This document shows, piece by piece, positions 58,219-64,000 of a stretch of DNA of 64,000 bases. A program made the position numbers and the translations under genes. The notes beneath the pieces were generated by a model. It was given only the letters and a program-made list of their open reading frames with translations, was not told where the DNA came from and made no database searches. The stretch lies in the NCBI GenBank assembly GCA_000146465.1, contig CP001951.1. One strand, written 5' to 3'. Position 1 is the stretch's first letter, and the number at the start of each line of letters is the position of its first letter.

Positions 58219-59688
58219 ATGCCCTTAAAAATGGAACTTCTAGACTATGGAAAGCTTAAAGTTACAGGTGAGACAAACCAGGAGTCAACAAAGGTCAGGA
58301 TTATACTTTACAGTCCCTCTAAGGAAGGAGTTGATATAAAAAGCGAGAAAAAAGATTCCAGCCATCAAGCCTTTCTTAATAGAATGGGCGCAAAAGGAAA
58401 TTCAGGTGAAAGTTATGTGCTTCCAGAAGAGAATGGAAAAATAACCGTGTTTGTAGGAATAGGAAAGGAGGACGAAAATGTTTTTCTTGTTAAAAATAAT
58501 GCAAAGAAGGCAGGAGCCTTGGCATACAAAGCCGTTTCCCAATTCAAAAACTTGGAGATCTTTTTAGAATCGGAATTTATGGGAAAAGAGGTTGCATCTG
58601 GAGTAACACTGGCTTCATACAAATATCAATTCTTGAACAAAGAGAAAGGAGAACCTAAGAAGGTGGCGATAAACACTCAGTTTCCTTCTGTTAAAAAGGC
58701 AATAATGATAGGCAATGCTCAGAATTTCGCTAGGTTTTTAGGAGATACACCAGCAAACCTCATGAATCCAACATTGTTTACCGAATATGCTGCCAAGTAT
58801 CTGCATGGAAAGAAGAATGTTACATTTGAGGTTTTTGGAAAGGAATTTATGAAGAGTAAGTCCATGAATCTCCTCTTGAGTGTTTCCCAAGGATCGGTTC
58901 AAGAGCCAAAGCTCTTTGTTGCTAAGTACAGAGGAAAAGGAGGGGATGGCGTAGATATTGCACTGGTTGGAAAGGGAGTTTGCTTTGATTCTGGAGGAAT
59001 ATCATTAAAACCATCTGCACGGATGTCCCTCATGAAGGGAGATATGCTTGGGGCAGCTTCTGTCCTAAGCGTCTTTGGGCTTGCAGCAGATATGGAAATT
59101 AAGATAAACATTGACCTTGTAATTCCGTTGGTAGAGAATCTTCCTAGTGGTACTGCAACAAAACCAGGAGATGTTTACATAGGAATGAATGGAAAAAGTG
59201 TGGAGATTGACAATACAGATGCAGAAGGGAGACTCATTCTTGCAGACGCGCTTGTGTATGCACAGGAAGGGCATCCTACATATATATTTGATGTTGCCAC
59301 CCTAACAGGTGCTATGGCCGTTGCTCTTGGAGATGCATTCATTGGATATTTTACTTCTGATGACAAACTTTCGGAAATAATCTATCAAAGCGGAATTGAT
59401 GCTAGTGACCCTACCTGGAGAATGCCTTTGTCACAACTGTATTTACCTACAATGAAGTCTGATGTTGCGGATCTAAAGAATACCGGAGAAGGAAGATACG
59501 GCGGATCTGCAAGTGCAGCAATCTTTTTGAATGAATTTGTTGGAAAGGAATACAAATGGGTTCATTTCGATATCGCCGGAGTAATGAATAGTAATAACAG
59601 CAAAGGAATTTATGGAGATGGAATGACTGGATGCTCCGTTTCTGCATTGATTGAGACAATTGAAAAGCTATCTACAATAGTTAATTAA
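58219..59688 (+). CDS. leucyl aminopeptidase (M17 family, cytosol aminopeptidase)
   Basis: M17 signatures VGKGVCFDSGGISLKP and NTDAEGRL. Full 489-aa domain architecture. By my own reading of the sequence the ATG may sit 1 nt to the right of the track coordinate. Confidence 0.85.
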   Translation: MPLKMELLDYGKLKVTGETNQESTKVRIILYSPSKEGVDIKSEKKDSSHQAFLNRMGAKGNSGESYVLPEENGKITVFVGIGKEDENVFLVKNNAKKAGALAYKAVSQFKNLEIFLESEFMGKEVASGVTLASYKYQFLNKEKGEPKKVAINTQFPSVKKAIMIGNAQNFARFLGDTPANLMNPTLFTEYAAKYLHGKKNVTFEVFGKEFMKSKSMNLLLSVSQGSVQEPKLFVAKYRGKGGDGVDIALVGKGVCFDSGGISLKPSARMSLMKGDMLGAASVLSVFGLAADMEIKINIDLVIPLVENLPSGTATKPGDVYIGMNGKSVEIDNTDAEGRLILADALVYAQEGHPTYIFDVATLTGAMAVALGDAFIGYFTSDDKLSEIIYQSGIDASDPTWRMPLSQLYLPTMKSDVADLKNTGEGRYGGSASAAIFLNEFVGKEYKWVHFDIAGVMNSNNSKGIYGDGMTGCSVSALIETIEKLSTIVN

Positions 59689-59755
59689 ATATGGTGTCTC
59701 GTAGGAGGATTTGGTCGTCGGAAAGTGACCTTGAGATCACGAACTTAGCTAAATT

Positions 59756-61027
59756 TCAATTACTAATCATATCCTCGATTATTCTTCCTATATCTTTCAT
59801 TGCATTGCCCAAACATTTTTTCTTGTAATTATTTCTTTTTTTGAGAAAGCGATCCATTATGTAGGAGAAATCATATTTCGAAAACACAAGGTTTTCCTTA
59901 ACAGCCTCTAATATAGAGTCAGTGTACTTCACATCATATCCCTTATTAAACACTCTACTCTCCAGCATTTCAATACATCTAACCAGCTGCTCTTCTATGA
60001 GAAAAACCATCCCACTCCTTTTGATGCTTTCTATTTTCTCCAGGTCCTTCACAAGAATGGTTTGTTCTTCTAAAAACACCCTGAAATATCCAAAGATATC
60101 TTCAATGAAACTTTTAAGAGGTTGGATTTTGTTTATCCTCTTGAGTCCATCTTTGAATCTTTCCTCTAAAAACGAAAATACGTAAGGAGATATTCCTTTT
60201 TTTCCCTTTGAAATAACAGAAAGATATCTTACCATTTCTGTTTTATCGTGAAACAGAACCTTGGGCGAATGGAAACACTCATCGGCTTCAATATATTCGT
60301 ATTGCTCTGTAAATACGAGATAATCAATAAGCTCTTTATCAATTACAGGCTTTTGTACAGTGGAATCTGTTTTTTTCTTGTAGGTGTAGGTTAATTCTTG
60401 GTAAATTCTAAGTATATATTCTACACTTTCCTTATTCTTTTCAAATACATACACTGTTGGACTCACCTTTATCTCTAATAAATCATCTTTAATCTGAATT
60501 TGAATGATGCTATAACTATAAGCATTCAAGAGCCTGTATTTCTTGGCTCCTTCTTGAACTATACCGATCAGAAGGATATCATTTGTCATGATAAGAATAC
60601 ATTCCTTTCCGCTTTTTTCCCTGAGAATATCAAAGTGAACCAAGTATCTTCCTTCCGTAGCAAACACATCAACTTCATTGTCAAAATTATCCAGAACTCG
60701 TCTAAATTTCCTTACAAGATCCTTGTCAACAAAGACTTCCTCTTCTACGCCTCCGTCCATGTTATACCTAACTAGCTCTTTGGTTAAATCAACCATACTA
60801 GTAACCATTCTATAGGACTCTTCATAGACATTAAGAATATCGAGCAAAGAATCACTATTGAGAAGGAATGTTTTAAGCAACTCAGTATCCACTTCATGTT
60901 CTATCTTAGATATGTTATGTCTTTCGTTTTCCAGAATAAAACCTTCGTACCTCTGGAAGGTGTTATTTAAATAGGACTCCAAGTCAAAGGAGTTGAACCT
61001 TGATATTTTACTTGTTAAATCTGGCAT
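59756..61027 (-). CDS. hypothetical protein (423 aa), possibly a vesicle-tethering complex subunit
   Basis: GCCC upstream of the ATG. N-terminal SFDLESYLNNTF motif loosely resembles the FD-x-x-x-YL start of Vps51/Exo84/Cog-type tethers. Weak. Confidence 0.35.
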   Translation of the reverse strand: MPDLTSKISRFNSFDLESYLNNTFQRYEGFILENERHNISKIEHEVDTELLKTFLLNSDSLLDILNVYEESYRMVTSMVDLTKELVRYNMDGGVEEEVFVDKDLVRKFRRVLDNFDNEVDVFATEGRYLVHFDILREKSGKECILIMTNDILLIGIVQEGAKKYRLLNAYSYSIIQIQIKDDLLEIKVSPTVYVFEKNKESVEYILRIYQELTYTYKKKTDSTVQKPVIDKELIDYLVFTEQYEYIEADECFHSPKVLFHDKTEMVRYLSVISKGKKGISPYVFSFLEERFKDGLKRINKIQPLKSFIEDIFGYFRVFLEEQTILVKDLEKIESIKRSGMVFLIEEQLVRCIEMLESRVFNKGYDVKYTDSILEAVKENLVFSKYDFSYIMDRFLKKRNNYKKKCLGNAMKDIGRIIEDMISN

Positions 61028-61087
61028 TAAGGGCTTAGTACATGGTTCATAATAATCGTTTGTTTATGCCAAAATGTTTTTATCCCC

Positions 61088-62827
61088 ATGAGGAAATTCG
61101 ATCAACAGCAAATCGATCAAGTTTTAAAAAAGAGATTCTTTCTGGCTCAATCAGCACATATATATGGAGGAATTTCGGGACTATACGACTTAGGCCCACC
61201 AGGATTGTCAATAAAAACAAATATCTTGGCATTGTGGAGAAAGCACTTTGTACTTGAAGAAGACATGCTTGAGATAGAAACGACCACCATGCTGCCTTAT
61301 GATGTTTTGAAGGCTAGCGGGCATGTAGATAAATTCTGTGACATCTTGGTTTTTGACGAGGTGACCGGAGACTGCTTCAGGGCGGACCACTTGGTTGAGG
61401 AAACTCTAGAAAAAATGAGTCCCACAGAAGAAGTTATTCGAGACCTTCAAAGAGTTGATTGCATGACATGCCAGGAAATCGACGCAGTTATATCAAAGTA
61501 CAACATAAAGAGTGTTTTGGGTAATAAGCTAAGCAAATCACAGCAGTTTAATCTTATGTTTGGAACACAGATAGGTTATAAAGGAGGCCAAACCATGTTC
61601 TTAAGGCCTGAAACGGCACAAGGGCAGTTTTTGAATTTTAAAAAGCTTTACGAATATAATAACGAGAAGCTTCCATTTGCATCTGCCTCAATAGGAAAAT
61701 CATACAGAAATGAGATAAGCCCGAGATCAGGCCTCATTAGAGTTAGAGAATTTGACCAGGCAGAAATCGAACACTTCGTTCTCCCCGACGAAAAAAAACA
61801 TCCGAAATTTTCCTCAGTAAAAGAAATCAAATTGAAGTTTATACAAGAAGATTCAAGTGAGGAAATCTCCTTGGGAGAAGCAGTAGAGAGAAAAATGGTA
61901 TGTAATGAAACCATCGGGTACTATATTGGAAGAACTGCTTTATTTCTTATAGAAGTAGGAATTGACAAAGAATTGCTCAGGTTTAGACAGCATAAAAAAG
62001 AGGAAATGGCTCACTATGCTAAAGACTGCTGGGACGCGGAGATATACACATCTTATGGATGGATCGAATGTGTAGGAATAGCAGATAGATCGTGTTATGA
62101 TCTAAAATGCCATGAAGATGGGTCAAAAGTTGATTTGAGATGCAAAAGAAGACTCACCAATCCAAAAGAGGTTGAAGAATGGATTCTAAAGCTAGATAAG
62201 AAGGAATGGGGAGCAAGGCTCAGAGACAGATTTTCTACTCTAATAGAAATGATCAACGGCTTTTCCCAAGAGTATATTGAAAAAAACATCTCAGCTCTTG
62301 ATGGTAACAAAAACTACCTAAATGTGGAATTCGATGGACATGGCATCAATGTTGAGTGTTCCAAAGAGAAGAAAAAGATATTTGTTGAAAACGTAATCCC
62401 CGATGTAATCGAACCATCTTTTGGTATTGGAAGGATTCTTTACGCATTACTTGAGCATTCGTTCTACCAGAGAGAAGATTTAAGACCTGTACTTAAGTTA
62501 AAGCCAATGATTGCGCCAATCCAATGTGCTATCGGATACCTAATATACTACAACGAATTTGAGGAACATATTTTGAAGATAAAAAGGTCTCTGGCAGAAA
62601 ATGGACTAGTGGTTCATGTAAACGAACGGTCGTGCAGTATCGGGAGAAAATATTCTTCATACGATGAATTAGGTGTCCCATTTTTTATCACATTCGACCC
62701 CGACTTTCTTAAAGACAGCATGGTAACCATAAGAGAGAGAGACACAATGAACCAGATAAGGGTTGATGTTGAAAAATGTCCCTCTATCATCCTGGAATAT
62801 ATCAGAGGGGAATCTAAATGGAATTAA
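61088..62827 (+). CDS. GRS1: glycyl-tRNA synthetase (eukaryotic/archaeal alpha2 class II type)
   Basis: RFFLAQSAHIYGGISGLYDLGPPGLSIKTNILALWRKHFVLEEDMLEIETTTMLPYDVLKASGHVDKFCDILV is near-identical to eukaryotic GlyRS motif 1 and the upstream region. Class II motifs 2 and 3 and the anticodon-binding domain are present. Confidence 0.9.
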   Translation: MRKFDQQQIDQVLKKRFFLAQSAHIYGGISGLYDLGPPGLSIKTNILALWRKHFVLEEDMLEIETTTMLPYDVLKASGHVDKFCDILVFDEVTGDCFRADHLVEETLEKMSPTEEVIRDLQRVDCMTCQEIDAVISKYNIKSVLGNKLSKSQQFNLMFGTQIGYKGGQTMFLRPETAQGQFLNFKKLYEYNNEKLPFASASIGKSYRNEISPRSGLIRVREFDQAEIEHFVLPDEKKHPKFSSVKEIKLKFIQEDSSEEISLGEAVERKMVCNETIGYYIGRTALFLIEVGIDKELLRFRQHKKEEMAHYAKDCWDAEIYTSYGWIECVGIADRSCYDLKCHEDGSKVDLRCKRRLTNPKEVEEWILKLDKKEWGARLRDRFSTLIEMINGFSQEYIEKNISALDGNKNYLNVEFDGHGINVECSKEKKKIFVENVIPDVIEPSFGIGRILYALLEHSFYQREDLRPVLKLKPMIAPIQCAIGYLIYYNEFEEHILKIKRSLAENGLVVHVNERSCSIGRKYSSYDELGVPFFITFDPDFLKDSMVTIRERDTMNQIRVDVEKCPSIILEYIRGESKWN

Positions 62828-62886
62828 AGAGCTATAACACCCCCGTTCATTTCTAATTTGATATTTCGAAAAGTGATGGCCCTTTT

Positions 62887-63894
62887 ATGAGAACAAAAAG
62901 AAAAATTGTAATTCTGATAGTTACCTTTGTAGTACTTCTCATACTCTTTACAACACTCATTGTAAGAAGGAAAAGATCATATATAAATTCTAGAAACGCC
63001 AGCGGCTTAGTGAAGTCTAATATAATTACCAATGAGAACTCGGGAATTCCCTCTACCAAGGATAGAGGCCTTTCCTTTGGTCTTACAAGCTGGCAATTGA
63101 AAGAAAATGGATCTTTAAAAAAGATAGATAGCATTTTCATGCCAATTCTTGAAAAGGCCTATAATTTAGAGAAAAAAGAAGATCCTGAGTCTAAAAATAA
63201 GGATGAAACCATCGAAGATGAGCTATTCAGGCATAATCAAAGACTAATCTCCTTTAAAATCGAAGGAAAGCATTCGATAGGAAATTATCTATTTGGTTTA
63301 CTGAGAAAAACCATCGATAACATTTGTGCTTGTTCTCCTCCCGATGGGAAAAAACACGAAACATTTGGGATCAGTTCGGAGCATACAGCACTCATTAGAC
63401 ATTATATTAAGTATTTCAAAACATTCGTTTGCATGCCCAAAGTAATTTATCACGGTAATACTGAGCCAGAAGACATTTATAAATTGCATTTCGACTCAAT
63501 CAATTGCTTCATCGGAGCTCGGCTAACAAAATACCATACCGCAAGTTCCTTCACTAAAGGAGAAGAAAAGTACATGACATATATAGAGCAATTCATAGAT
63601 ACAGAAGCAAGTGATATTCCTATAGAAATTCTATCAGAGGGAAGGGAGAGATTGAGTGTTAAAGATCACATATTATATACGCTACTTCATTACATTTGTC
63701 TCTTTTATTCAAAATCCCAAGAGACTAGAGACATGCTCTATACAAAGATGAAAATAGAAAAAATGGGTATATCTTCTATCAATTTATCAAAGATAATCAA
63801 TGATTATAGATACAGTGACATAGTTGAGAGTATAAGACCTATTCACTTTGTAAATGATAGTTCTTGCATAGTAAAGCCATTAATAGTAAAATAA
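62887..63894 (+). CDS. hypothetical type II membrane protein (335 aa)
   Basis: N-terminal signal anchor IVILIVTFVVLLILFTTLIV following a basic MRTKRK start. GGCCC upstream of the ATG. Lumenal domain with several Cys. No family recognised. Confidence 0.4.
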   Translation: MRTKRKIVILIVTFVVLLILFTTLIVRRKRSYINSRNASGLVKSNIITNENSGIPSTKDRGLSFGLTSWQLKENGSLKKIDSIFMPILEKAYNLEKKEDPESKNKDETIEDELFRHNQRLISFKIEGKHSIGNYLFGLLRKTIDNICACSPPDGKKHETFGISSEHTALIRHYIKYFKTFVCMPKVIYHGNTEPEDIYKLHFDSINCFIGARLTKYHTASSFTKGEEKYMTYIEQFIDTEASDIPIEILSEGRERLSVKDHILYTLLHYICLFYSKSQETRDMLYTKMKIEKMGISSINLSKIINDYRYSDIVESIRPIHFVNDSSCIVKPLIVK

Positions 63895-64000
63895 AAATAT
63901 CAGAATTTATTAAATGGTTACGGAAAGTAAAAAAAGAGAGCAAATATATATTGCTAAAGATTTGCAGTTAGGGCTGAAATAGTGTATTCCAAATGTAAGT

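Noticed and set aside
1-64000. tRNA, 5S/rRNA, snRNA genes, CRISPR arrays, transposons, prokaryotic defence or operon-like systems
   Set aside because: Spacers were scanned for T-loop (GTTCGAATC-like), 5S and U6 signatures, and for direct or inverted repeats. None were found. Gene content and intron signals are eukaryotic (microsporidian), so prokaryotic defence-island logic does not apply.

Overview
This window is gene-dense, AT-rich eukaryotic nuclear DNA. I call about 48 protein-coding genes in 64 kb, with spacers usually 30-100 bp and genes on both strands. No tRNA, rRNA, CRISPR, transposon or prokaryotic-type operon or defence structure was found. Everything points to a microsporidian-type reduced genome, possibly Encephalitozoon- or Ordospora-like; that is inference, since no search could be run. 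The evidence is a C-triplet a few nt upstream of almost every start codon, an AAATTT-like box, two very short introns placed directly after the ATG of two ribosomal protein genes, a soluble HMG-CoA reductase with no membrane domain, and a secreted Cys/Ser-rich protein that looks like a spore wall protein. Most genes are housekeeping. They include Rpt5 and proteasome beta1, Gln- and Gly-tRNA synthetases, enolase, UPF1, Dbp4/DDX10, GCN5, dynamin, IQGAP, an ABCG transporter, cyclophilin and leucyl aminopeptidase, plus a 2413-aa HECT E3 ligase, Exo70, MND1, Pcf11, DcpS, Rpr2, SmD2, CCT and ERG8. The most interesting feature is a tandem pair of homeobox genes at 21.9-23.5 kb, one with a typical homeodomain and one with a TALE homeodomain. 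They are flanked by the only long intergenic regions in the window (320-520 bp), and the pair resembles a fungal HD1/HD2 mating-type locus. The meiotic recombination gene MND1 lies 11 kb downstream. RPS24 and RPS30 form a divergent pair, each with a 30-36 nt GTAAGTG...TAACTT(T/A)TAG intron right after the ATG; the six-frame ORF track misses both because it does not model splicing. Several ORF-track starts are non-ATG (TTG/GTG) artefacts. I moved those starts to the first in-frame ATG, which in most cases is preceded by the CCC motif. Coordinates of re-called starts and intron edges may be off by 1 nt.
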